Part shown: positions 1-8,071 of the stretch, in pieces
Numbering within the stretch: position 1 is the first letter of the stretch
Layout: every line of letters begins with the position of its first letter
Origin: a virus
Length of the DNA stretch: 64,000 nucleotides
Reading direction: 5' to 3' (one strand)
IMG/VR virus record: IMGVR_UViG_2716884766_000001
Span: 60,504 to 124,503 of that record
Position numbers and translations under genes: made by a program
Notes under the pieces: model-generated
What the model saw: the letters and a program-made list of their open reading frames with translations, nothing else
What the model was told of the DNA's origin: nothing
Databases searched by the model: none

Positions 1-118
1 AGAGCTCTGGATACTGCTCGATTAGATCCGTATCCAGTAGAAATTGGACGATTTCCACTGTGTCACACGGTGATAGCGTCCCGCTGTGATATTCTGCTAT
101 AATATCCTTATAGTTCAT
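1..118 (-). CDS. hypothetical protein, runs off the window start (MNYKDIIAEYHSGTLSPCDTVEIVQFLLDTDLIEQYPEL...)
   Basis: Manually translated; ATG at 118, 4 nt after the stop of the upstream ORF; frame open to the window edge. Confidence 0.55.
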   Translation of the reverse strand, partial: MNYKDIIAEYHSGTLSPCDTVEIVQFLLDTDLIEQYPEL

Positions 119-122
119 AGAA

Positions 123-284
123 TTAATAGTCTTCATGGTATTTATTCTTACTTTGAGACTTAATCCTCTTACTATTAGATATCATATCACCATAGCCACT
201 TCTCTCTAGATCCTCAATATCATTCATTTCTCTCATTTTCTGTGAGAATGACTCTTTTTTGTATCTTTTGCTACTTTTTCCCAT
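123..284 (-). CDS. small basic hypothetical protein, 53 aa (MGKSSKRYKKESFSQKMRE...)
   Basis: Manually translated; packs tightly between neighbouring minus-strand ORFs. Confidence 0.6.
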   Translation of the reverse strand: MGKSSKRYKKESFSQKMREMNDIEDLERSGYGDMISNSKRIKSQSKNKYHEDY

Positions 285-286
285 TC

Positions 287-586
287 CTATACTATTTGAG
301 ATAAAGTACCATTTCTTACCAGTTCATTAAATTTCTTCCCTAGTGAGAGATGTTGCTCCTTTACAAACTTTTCTATCTCTTTCACAAATTCTGAGAGGTT
401 CTCAGTATAGTTATAGAAATATTCAGTATCTCTACCTTGGAAGATTATTCCCACTTTCCCATCTTTTATTTGAATCTGGTTAATAGCTGTACTTATCTCA
501 GAAATGTCAAAAACGACATCTTTTACCACTTTCCGCGACTTTCTGCGTTTTGTAGCGGTTTTTACCTTTTTCGCAGTTTCTGCCAT
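287..586 (-). CDS. hypothetical protein with Lys/Arg-rich N-terminus
   Basis: ORF track; AAAGGA RBS and TATAAT just upstream. Confidence 0.75.
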   Translation of the reverse strand: MAETAKKVKTATKRRKSRKVVKDVVFDISEISTAINQIQIKDGKVGIIFQGRDTEYFYNYTENLSEFVKEIEKFVKEQHLSLGKKFNELVRNGTLSQIV

Positions 587-611
587 GTTCCTTTGTTTTT
601 GTTATATTCTA

Positions 612-670
612 ATTATATCAGAGATTCTCGGAGAAAATACCAAAAGTGGACAGTTTTATTTCTGGCACAC
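612..670 (-). promoter_or_regulatory. early-type promoter: inverted box GTGTGCCAG-N-CTGTCCAC, 28 nt spacer, TATAAT
   Basis: Same architecture and spacing as 6158-6215. Confidence 0.65.
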
Positions 671-792
671 TCTCGCTTGACTTTCGAGTGACCGCAGGCT
701 AAGACAGCAATTCCTCCGCACATTCTGGAGGTATTCTGTACATATTCTAAGGTCACTCTATTCTCACTCTAGTTCTCTCAGATACATTTATT

Positions 793-999
793 TTAACATT
801 TAATTAAACTACGATTTATAGTCCCATGCTCTGAATAAGTAGAAGCATCGTCCAACAAAACAGTTAAGTTCTTGAAAGGACCATAGAATCTGTTAGAGTT
901 ATCATAACTCCAAAAGTGCCCCTTCCGCGTGTTCTTCGTAACTATGGTCACTGATCCCTTTGAGGTTGAGATCACTGTCTTCGATGCTTGATTCCACAT
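793..999 (-). CDS. hypothetical protein (MWNQASKTV...)
   Basis: ORF track 793..1050; ATG at 999 preferred; overlaps the upstream ORF by 98 nt. Confidence 0.45.
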   Translation of the reverse strand: MWNQASKTVISTSKGSVTIVTKNTRKGHFWSYDNSNRFYGPFKNLTVLLDDASTYSEHGTINRSLIKC

Positions 1000-1225
1000 A
1001 GGATTTAATAAGTTTAACTGATGACCAGAGATGACGATAGATACAAACATTGACTTGTCTGTCTCTACTACTCTCTGTTCCCTCTATTGTTAAAGTGAAG
1101 TATGATGTTGGTGTATGCTTATGTAGATGATTAGGTGTTGCTATACAAATACAATTTACATAGCCTCTATACCCATCTACCTCTACTAAATCCCCTTGCT
1201 TGAACTGTAGTGGCATAGCATCCAT
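902..1225 (-). CDS. hypothetical protein
   Basis: ORF track; late-promoter-like CTAAATA just upstream. Confidence 0.6.
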   Translation of the reverse strand: MDAMPLQFKQGDLVEVDGYRGYVNCICIATPNHLHKHTPTSYFTLTIEGTESSRDRQVNVCIYRHLWSSVKLIKSYVESSIEDSDLNLKGISDHSYEEHAEGALLEL

Positions 1226-1255
1226 ATCAATACTGACTCTATTTAGATTGGGTGC

Positions 1256-1313
1256 GAGAAAACAAAACGGTCTGGATACACACAGTTAAAGTATCCAAGT
1301 GGTTTGTTTTCCC
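1256..1313 (-). ncRNA. structured leader or small RNA (two-part hairpin)
   Basis: GGGAAAACAAAC..UUGGAUAC-loop-GUAUCCAG..GUUUUGUUUUCUC; starts ~7 nt after TATAAT (1321-1326); G-U pairs favour the minus strand. Confidence 0.45.
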
Positions 1314-1345
1314 TGAGTATATTATAGTCTGTTAGTGTGTATGTG

Positions 1346-1915
1346 TCAACCCATGTGTGATGGTTTATTATCTGTCCATGATAATGGTATATTGTCCATG
1401 TTTACTGTTAAATTAAATGATAATACTGTTCTACGTTGTTCACTTGTGTGTGGATGTGTATAGTGGTGTAAGAAACTAGGAAATAGAATAAGGTCACCTT
1501 CCTCTACCTCTGGTTCATATGTTAACTGCTCTCCTGTAATGAAGTGGTCGTATGGTGCGATGAAGTTAGTAGGTCTATGATACTTGGAGTTGTACTCAAT
1601 GTATAATACTGCTGAGTATCCACCATGTCCATGATTATGTGTTGGATGATACATGTATGGGAGTGCTCGTTCATACCATGCTCTTACAATACGTGGATCA
1701 CAATTATAGTCATGTGCGAACCAACTTAGTTCATCATGTAGTATATCTGATATGTCATTGATATAATTATTGTCACCACGATAGTCAGAGAGTACTTGTT
1801 CGTCTCCCTGTACCATGTCCAGTGTGTCTATGTGTCTCAATAGCCTTTGTTTCTTCTGTTCCCACCAACTACACTTGTAGTGTGTCAGTGGTATATGAAA
1901 CATGTTTATATCCAT
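1346..1915 (-). CDS. 2OG-Fe(II) oxygenase-like protein (TIGR02466-like)
   Basis: HxH (HNH), YSAVLY, GDLILFPSFLHH, RTVLSFN motifs. Confidence 0.8.
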   Translation of the reverse strand: MDINMFHIPLTHYKCSWWEQKKQRLLRHIDTLDMVQGDEQVLSDYRGDNNYINDISDILHDELSWFAHDYNCDPRIVRAWYERALPYMYHPTHNHGHGGYSAVLYIEYNSKYHRPTNFIAPYDHFITGEQLTYEPEVEEGDLILFPSFLHHYTHPHTSEQRRTVLSFNLTVNMDNIPLSWTDNKPSHMG

Positions 1916-3186
1916 GCTGTTGCGGGTTTACCATGCTTGAAGATAGTATCAACTGTGCGTTGTACTCTCTTTGCTGTTGCCTTACCATAGTTATTATATA
2001 CAGGTATACTTATGAACCCTGTTGGTTTGTTGTAGTTATGGTATGCTCTAGGTCTCAATGTACCATTGCTGATATTGTTTCTATCCTGTGTGTCAAGTCG
2101 AATTACACGTCCGATAGTCTGTGCCATTTCAACTGTCGATAGGTTACGTAACAGTACAACATTAGTCAGACCAGATACATTGATACCTTCTGACAATATA
2201 CTGTAATGAAACAGTACGAACTTCTGACCAGTAGCACTGAATGTGTCCAACTGTGTGAAGAACTGACTACGTGATACCTTCTTACCATTGATGATAGCAC
2301 CATGCTTAGATGTAATAGTCATGACATTATAGTCTGCTTGACGTAGATCACGGAATAGATCTGTGAATGCCATCATAGCATTGATAATACGTGCTGACGG
2401 TGCTGATACTAATACTCTCTCAGCATCATCAGCATTAATGACTCTTAATACTGTCTCAGCATCAATGTCTGCTACCTCTTCACGTGTCCTTACAGTGTCC
2501 ACTGTGTGTACATTTACTGTCGGAGGAAGTATAGCACCACAATCAAGTAATTCATCTGCTGATACTGTGATTAGATTATTACCATATACATCCTCATTGT
2601 TCATGCCACGTTCATGTTTAGCACTCATTTTAGGTGTAGCAGTGAAGAAGTACTTACGTCTGCTCTGCTGTGACACAATAGATGTAGCCTCAAAAAAATT
2701 GCGTTGCGTAGTGTTGTGTGCTTCGTCACAATAGAAAGTGTCTACGAAGAACTGGTTATTTGCTATCTTGTGAAGACTATGATATGTAGTGAATAGTATT
2801 ACATGAGCACCGAATGTATGTGCTGAAGATACGAACCTCATGATGTCATCCTGTGAGGTCACAGAATAGAATGGAGAGTCACCACTGTGTACACTACCAA
2901 TCTTGTAGTTAGATACACTGTTAAGTATCTCATTGAACTCATTAGCAAGTTGTAGTGCTAACATAATACGTGGAGCAGCAACTACAGTAAGTGTAGGATA
3001 GTCACTCTGAACTAACTGAGTACGTAAGTCCTCAATCATACAAATAGTCTTACCACCACCTGTAGGAATATACACTGTGCCATGCTCATTGTTGTATAGA
3101 GCGTCGATAGTGCGTTCTTGATGTGGTCTGAGTGATAACATAGTTGCTTCGTTGTTATCACTATTATAATGTAATTTGATAGTCAA
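1906..3186 (-). CDS. SF2 helicase/ATPase (ResIII-like, DEAH)
   Basis: LRPHQ Q-motif, PTGGGKT Walker A, DEAH, TATP, SEGIN, QTIGRVIR; probable start ATG at 3141. Confidence 0.85.
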   Translation of the reverse strand: MTIKLHYNSDNNEATMLSLRPHQERTIDALYNNEHGTVYIPTGGGKTICMIEDLRTQLVQSDYPTLTVVAAPRIMLALQLANEFNEILNSVSNYKIGSVHSGDSPFYSVTSQDDIMRFVSSAHTFGAHVILFTTYHSLHKIANNQFFVDTFYCDEAHNTTQRNFFEATSIVSQQSRRKYFFTATPKMSAKHERGMNNEDVYGNNLITVSADELLDCGAILPPTVNVHTVDTVRTREEVADIDAETVLRVINADDAERVLVSAPSARIINAMMAFTDLFRDLRQADYNVMTITSKHGAIINGKKVSRSQFFTQLDTFSATGQKFVLFHYSILSEGINVSGLTNVVLLRNLSTVEMAQTIGRVIRLDTQDRNNISNGTLRPRAYHNYNKPTGFISIPVYNNYGKATAKRVQRTVDTIFKHGKPATAWI

Positions 3187-3205
3187 TTCATGTAATAGTG
3201 TACAG

Positions 3206-3667
3206 TTATTCTATTGTCACAACCCCTTCGTAGATTGCCCTGTTAGCAATATATCTCTCCCATGCTCTAGCATCTATCTCCCATGGTTCATCCCAATACT
3301 TAGTGAAGGGAGATACTATTTGCTTATGCCATGTGCTACTACCGTCTCTCTTCTGTCCCCACTCTCCCTTGACACGTTGTTTCACGTGTACCATTTCATG
3401 TGCGAGTGTGACTAGGTAGTCCCATTTACTGAGACCATTATGTATTTGTATCTCAAAGAATCGTGGACGTGTAGCACTGTCCAGACATAGCATCTGTCCG
3501 TACAAGCACTCTCTCTTTAATCCCTTGGTTACAATATGGAAGTCCAGTTTATACCGTTTACCGATATATTTGTCCACGAACCAATCAATGAAGGAGTCTG
3601 TGATAGTGACTCTGCGATGATAACCCGAATAGAAGATAGAATGAGACATGACCAGTGTAAAAACCAA
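3206..3667 (-). CDS. zincin-like metallopeptidase
   Basis: LAHEMVHVKQ (HEXXH) plus downstream PWEIDA; probable start ATG at 3649. Confidence 0.75.
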   Translation of the reverse strand: MVFTLVMSHSIFYSGYHRRVTITDSFIDWFVDKYIGKRYKLDFHIVTKGLKRECLYGQMLCLDSATRPRFFEIQIHNGLSKWDYLVTLAHEMVHVKQRVKGEWGQKRDGSSTWHKQIVSPFTKYWDEPWEIDARAWERYIANRAIYEGVVTIE

Positions 3668-3700
3668 ATGAGTGAAACGACGAAAGCTAATTTCATATAT

Positions 3701-3850
3701 CTAAGCATACTCCCCCTTCAATATAACTAACTTCTTGTATAGTTCAACCCCATCAATGTCCTTGGGTTCCTCTGCTTCCATCATTAGACCAAGCAGATAG
3801 TCTATTTCGTCAGGTGCTAGTGGGTTCCTGATTACCATAGGTGTGATCAT
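3701..3850 (-). CDS. hypothetical protein, 49 aa (MITPMVIRNPLAPDEIDYLLGLMM...)
   Basis: Manually translated; fills the gap downstream of the MTase. Confidence 0.5.
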   Translation of the reverse strand: MITPMVIRNPLAPDEIDYLLGLMMEAEEPKDIDGVELYKKLVILKGEYA

Positions 3851-3865
3851 AATAAAAATCCGTTG

Positions 3866-4753
3866 TTAGTTTAATTGTAACGTATTAAAGTCCAGTGGTG
3901 TGAACTCAGTGGGCACTTCAGCAACTGAACACCTCTCCTCTGCTATTCTAACATACTCTGGTTCTTTTTCAATACCTATGAATGAACGTTCAGTAGGTAG
4001 AGCAGCAACACCAGTAGTTCCTGATCCGCAGAATGGATCCAGTATAGTTCCCTTCTCAGGGCAGTATATCTTGACTAACCACTCCATCAATGCTACTGGT
4101 TTAACAGTAGGATGGTTGTTGTTGTCTCCCTTCTCCTTACGTGTAGCACGTGGAGCATAGAAATACTTCTGGTGTGGTGCCTGTACCTCACCAACTATAT
4201 TACTTGGGTATCTGCCTTTTGGATTAGCATCCTTAGTACCAAACTCCTTCTGTGTGCCTGTTGTCTTACCATCCTTACCGAATGTCCTACGCTTGACACC
4301 TCCTGCTACCCACCCTGTTGGTGGTTTACCATCCCAAGGTACACGTGCGTCCTCTATATTGATCTTACCTACACCATACTTGGCATAGTTCTTCTCAATA
4401 CTACCTTCACATGGTTTCTGTGCTACCACAATAGGTTCATGTGCGGGTTTGAGTCTGTTAGTCTTAGGCATCTTGGTAGTTACCATCCACATGATCTGAT
4501 CTTTGATCTCAAATCCTGCGTCCTCTACGTTCACTGCCATCCTATGATATAGTTGTGGACTACAAAATGATAGCAGGAAAGCACCAGGTTTCAGTGTCCT
4601 GTATACTTCTTGCCATAGTTCTTTTGTAGGTACACTGTAGTCCCAGTGTTCCATACCCATACCATATGGAGGGTCAGTGATACAACAATCGAATGACATG
4701 TCATCCCAACTGTCCAAAGCTTCTAGAGCATCACTTGAAGAAATTAAATACAT
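3866..4753 (-). CDS. DNA amino-methyltransferase (N6-A/N4-C, beta class)
   Basis: TDPPY motif IV near the N-terminus; HPTVKP and DPFCGSGTT motif I near the C-terminus; start at MYLISS. Confidence 0.9.
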   Translation of the reverse strand: MYLISSSDALEALDSWDDMSFDCCITDPPYGMGMEHWDYSVPTKELWQEVYRTLKPGAFLLSFCSPQLYHRMAVNVEDAGFEIKDQIMWMVTTKMPKTNRLKPAHEPIVVAQKPCEGSIEKNYAKYGVGKINIEDARVPWDGKPPTGWVAGGVKRRTFGKDGKTTGTQKEFGTKDANPKGRYPSNIVGEVQAPHQKYFYAPRATRKEKGDNNNHPTVKPVALMEWLVKIYCPEKGTILDPFCGSGTTGVAALPTERSFIGIEKEPEYVRIAEERCSVAEVPTEFTPLDFNTLQLN

Positions 4754-5297
4754 TCTGTTCGCATGTAGGTCTGTCCTTATGTGTAAAGTAATCAGTATAC
4801 TCTGCTGTACCACTCTGTGTGTACATCTCTCTCAGGTAGAAATCAAATCCTCTCTCGTCTTGCCACTCTGGTAGTGCCTGATAACGAACGAGTACATCTT
4901 TCATCTCTAATAACATTCTATCATATAATTCTCTTTTGTCCAAGGTGAGTACGTCATCACCCCAAAACAATGTAGTCTCGTTGTACTTCTTACTTGTGAA
5001 TACATACAGACCTCCTGCGTGTGGTCTACCACTGTTATACATTGGTTTAGCATTCTGACTACTCTTACACTCTAAGTTGATAGTACCCCATCGTGTAGGT
5101 ATTTCATAGTCAGGGAAGTTTTGAGTACCATTAGGTTGATAGGTATAGACTATACCATATTCATCTAGCATCTCACCCACTCTCTTTTCATGGTCATCAC
5201 CATTTGCCCAAGGCAGATTCTTGAGTTTAGTCAAGAGATCTGCCATCCTATTAGCATCAAGTAATGGAGATACGAAACCTATATCATTTAGTTTCAT
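4731..5297 (-). CDS. putative PD-(D/E)XK endonuclease (restriction-enzyme-like)
   Basis: QPNGTQNFPD...INLECKSS catalytic pattern; overlaps the MTase start by 23 nt. Confidence 0.6.
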   Translation of the reverse strand: MKLNDIGFVSPLLDANRMADLLTKLKNLPWANGDDHEKRVGEMLDEYGIVYTYQPNGTQNFPDYEIPTRWGTINLECKSSQNAKPMYNSGRPHAGGLYVFTSKKYNETTLFWGDDVLTLDKRELYDRMLLEMKDVLVRYQALPEWQDERGFDFYLREMYTQSGTAEYTDYFTHKDRPTCEQNVFNFFK

Positions 5298-5554
5298 GAG
5301 TATGGACTCACTATTGTATCGCCCTTACGAGGATATGCTGCTACCTCTGGGTCTGGGTCTAACCACTTGACATACTCTCTGTCTTCAATACAACAATCTA
5401 GTTGTGCTTGACTATCAAGATAATACATGTCGTAGTATCTCTTCTGTATGTCATTGAACTTTTGGATACGGAAGTCAGGTGCTCCGTTCTCTTCTAACAA
5501 TCCCTTCTGTACAAAACGATAGGGATATCTCTCTAGAATTACTTCTGTCTTCAT
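5294..5554 (-). CDS. cyanophage hypothetical protein
   Basis: ORF track; ATGA-coupled to both neighbours. Confidence 0.75.
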   Translation of the reverse strand: MKTEVILERYPYRFVQKGLLEENGAPDFRIQKFNDIQKRYYDMYYLDSQAQLDCCIEDREYVKWLDPDPEVAAYPRKGDTIVSPYS

Positions 5555-5694
5555 GATTTGTTGTCCTCGTTGAATGGTGAATTGAAATACTTGCGGTTAG
5601 CAATATACAACACTGCTAGTGCTGTGATGATGCCGAAGAATCCGATGATAAGAATCGGACTCTGTGGGAAATCGTATGTTGGAATGTTGTTCAT
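5551..5694 (-). CDS. small membrane protein, 47 aa (MNNIPTYDFPQSPILIIGFFGIITALAVLYIANRKYFNSPFNEDNKS)
   Basis: Manually translated; one hydrophobic helix; ATGA overlap with the next gene. Confidence 0.65.
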   Translation of the reverse strand: MNNIPTYDFPQSPILIIGFFGIITALAVLYIANRKYFNSPFNEDNKS

Positions 5695-5700
5695 TTGGAA

Positions 5701-6132
5701 TTACCTCATGTATAAGTGACCACCTGTCCAATTAATCTTGTCAGGGTTGTGTAAGAACTCTCTGTCCTTGATGATTCTCATGTCAAATCTGACATGTTTG
5801 GCAGGGTTCTGCCATGATGCTGCTTTGTATACCTCACCAGTTTTCTTGTCAATGAATGCGTGTACTGAACCATTTCTGAATCTGTTGTCGTCTTCATCAA
5901 ATGTTTGGTATACAATCTTGTAGTACTTCTTACCTTCGATTGCTTTCCATGTGTAGAGATATCTTGCGTCTCTAGTCTTGATCTCTCTTAGTTTATCAAG
6001 AGCATGGTCTGTGTATCTGTCATCAGCAACCATTCTCTGATATGAGTCAACCTGTTCGTTGTAGAAGTTATCATTGAGAGCAGTAATGTAGTCTGCTGTC
6101 CATTCTTTAACTCTGTCTTGTAAGTTAGGCAT
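5701..6132 (-). CDS. phage early hypothetical protein
   Basis: KYYKIV...SVHAFIDKKTGEVYKAASWQNPAK motif; AAGGAG RBS before MPNLQ. Confidence 0.8.
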   Translation of the reverse strand: MPNLQDRVKEWTADYITALNDNFYNEQVDSYQRMVADDRYTDHALDKLREIKTRDARYLYTWKAIEGKKYYKIVYQTFDEDDNRFRNGSVHAFIDKKTGEVYKAASWQNPAKHVRFDMRIIKDREFLHNPDKINWTGGHLYMR

Positions 6133-6157
6133 GTGCTCCTTTGTTTTGTATATCCTA

Positions 6158-6215
6158 ATTATAGAGCCATGTGGTACGAATAGTGAAAATAGTGGACACT
6201 TTTTTAACTGTCCAC
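6158..6215 (-). promoter_or_regulatory. early-type promoter: inverted box GTGGACAG-N8-GTGTCCAC, 28 nt spacer, TATAAT
   Basis: Same architecture as 612-670. Confidence 0.65.
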
Positions 6216-6220
6216 TCGTG

Positions 6221-7156
6221 TCACATATCAAATGGCAACTTCGTAGGTATAGCCTTAAGCCTCTTTTGGATCAGTGATCCGTAATCTTCATGGAGCTCAC
6301 ACCCGATATAACTGCGATCATGTTGCTTAGCCACCATAGCTGTAGTTCCTGATCCCATAAATGGATCCAGAATTACGTCGCCTTTCCTGCTTCCTGCTAA
6401 TATACATGGTTCAATCAAATCAGGAGGGAAACAAGCAAAGTGTGCTCCCTTGTATGGTTTGTTGGTTATGCTCCAAACATCTCGTTTATTTTTCCGTTCA
6501 TAAGACTTGGTAAGACCACTATGAGGTTGAAGGCCAGTGCCAGGATTGTGATACTTACCCGCATCGCGGTTCCTTGTTCCCCAGTCTTGCTTGACTGGTT
6601 CTTTAATTGCTTCATTGTCATAATAATACTTTTTGTTCTTTGATAGCAGGAAGATATACTCATGTGACTTGGTACACCTGTCCTTAACTGACTCTGGCAT
6701 AGGATTTGGTTTATGCCATATAATATCCTGTCTAAGATACCATCCATCTGCCCGCAATGCGAAAGCGAGCATCCATGGTATACCTATCAGGTCTTTCTCT
6801 TTCAATCCATCTAACTTATTTGCTCTCCTATTACACTGTGTAGGTAGGTCTTGTGATGTTCTACTTACTGTTTGTTTAGGTAATCCACCTGTGCCTGGTC
6901 TGTAATTATAATAGCTATCACCTATGTTCAACCACAGTACACCATCATCCTTGAGTACATCACGTACCTCACGAAATACTTCTACTAGGTTGTTAACGAA
7001 CTCTTCTGGTGTTTCTTCCTGTCCTATTTGATTTGCTTCACCACCATAGTCACGTAGTCCATAGTAAGGAGGAGAGGTGACACACATTTGAGCACTGCCA
7101 CGTGGAAACTGTTTGAGTGTCTCTTTACAGTCTCCAAATAATATAAGATCTACCAT
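6221..7156 (-). CDS. DNA methyltransferase, probably N4-cytosine (beta class)
   Basis: VTSPPYY motif IV, WHKPNPMPES, HFACFP, DPFMGSGTT. Confidence 0.9.
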   Translation of the reverse strand: MVDLILFGDCKETLKQFPRGSAQMCVTSPPYYGLRDYGGEANQIGQEETPEEFVNNLVEVFREVRDVLKDDGVLWLNIGDSYYNYRPGTGGLPKQTVSRTSQDLPTQCNRRANKLDGLKEKDLIGIPWMLAFALRADGWYLRQDIIWHKPNPMPESVKDRCTKSHEYIFLLSKNKKYYYDNEAIKEPVKQDWGTRNRDAGKYHNPGTGLQPHSGLTKSYERKNKRDVWSITNKPYKGAHFACFPPDLIEPCILAGSRKGDVILDPFMGSGTTAMVAKQHDRSYIGCELHEDYGSLIQKRLKAIPTKLPFDM

Positions 7157-7404
7157 ATCTCTTCGTCATCCGTCCATGTGTACCTGTAGCATTCTTCATC
7201 CTCCCAGTCAAATTCTGCCTTGTCATACTGCATCATGCGATATCCCTGCTCAGATCCAGCCCTGATATTGCTGTCTCCTTCATTCATAGACCACACCCAT
7301 TGTAACCACTCTGTGATTTCATGGTCTGGGAGTGTCTCCATCATATGATCTAATAGAAATTCAAACTGAGCACGGTTGAGGTGCTTACGTTTAATCCTTG
7401 GCAC
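7150..7404 (-). CDS. hypothetical protein
   Basis: ORF track; short overlaps with both neighbours. Confidence 0.65.
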   Translation of the reverse strand: MPRIKRKHLNRAQFEFLLDHMMETLPDHEITEWLQWVWSMNEGDSNIRAGSEQGYRMMQYDKAEFDWEDEECYRYTWTDDEEIW

Positions 7405-8071
7405 GTCGTTCTTTCAATAGTATTTGTTTATTGACCCACATATTGACATAATCATTTAATGACTCTTCAATATTGATATCATCTAACCAGAATTCTACCA
7501 CATATCCTGAGTGTAGCAACTTTAGTTTACCTGTCCGTTGTACGAGATATGGTTGTCCTGCTTTTACGATGTCCCCATCATACCACATATCTTGCGTTGC
7601 GACAAGTAGTCTGTCAGTACGGTCAAATATTATATCTGCGTCTATCTTATGTACTGTCCTATTATAGTATCCTATATCCTTATCAGGATCAGGACCTATA
7701 CAAATAGCACTGGCATTATCAGTCAGTGCTGTCAGTCTGGTCATACCAGCCATCTTAAAATTTAGATATGTACCTGGCTTATTGATTAATGCGTGTGGTA
7801 CTCCTGCTGTCTCACTCATCCATACACCACTAGGAAATAACAGACACCTGTTGTGTAGGTAAAACTTATCTAAGTATGCTTCAGCTGGCATGTCAGAATC
7901 CAGCCCTGAGACATTATTATTCTTATATACTCTATCTCTTACATCTTTAGGAATAGGTATCACCTTACCTTCAGGGTCATCACCGATGAACTTGAATCCT
8001 TTTTCTACGTTGTAATAATATAATATGGTAACACCATGACCTGAGTCTTGGATTACTTTTTCACTATGCAC
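7391..8071 (-). CDS. hypothetical protein, paralogue of 8064..8825
   Basis: Shared blocks HG.....GxDP, HxRxxLF, KMxGxTRLT, CxGP, YxxEF. Confidence 0.75.
   Translation of the reverse strand: MHSEKVIQDSGHGVTILYYYNVEKGFKFIGDDPEGKVIPIPKDVRDRVYKNNNVSGLDSDMPAEAYLDKFYLHNRCLLFPSGVWMSETAGVPHALINKPGTYLNFKMAGMTRLTALTDNASAICIGPDPDKDIGYYNRTVHKIDADIIFDRTDRLLVATQDMWYDGDIVKAGQPYLVQRTGKLKLLHSGYVVEFWLDDINIEESLNDYVNMWVNKQILLKERRAKD

Noticed and set aside
7-103. CTGGATAC/GTATCCAG inverted repeat (same stem as 1272-1297) and a plus-strand TGTCACAC-N29-TATAAT promoter-like pattern
   Set aside because: Both lie within a plausible minus-strand CDS (1-118) at the window edge and cannot be separated from chance
3529-3696. 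55-aa hydrophobic ORF (MKLAFVVSLIWFLHWSCL...) overlapping the peptidase start
   Set aside because: About 120 nt of overlap and no recognisable motif; not supportable without homologues
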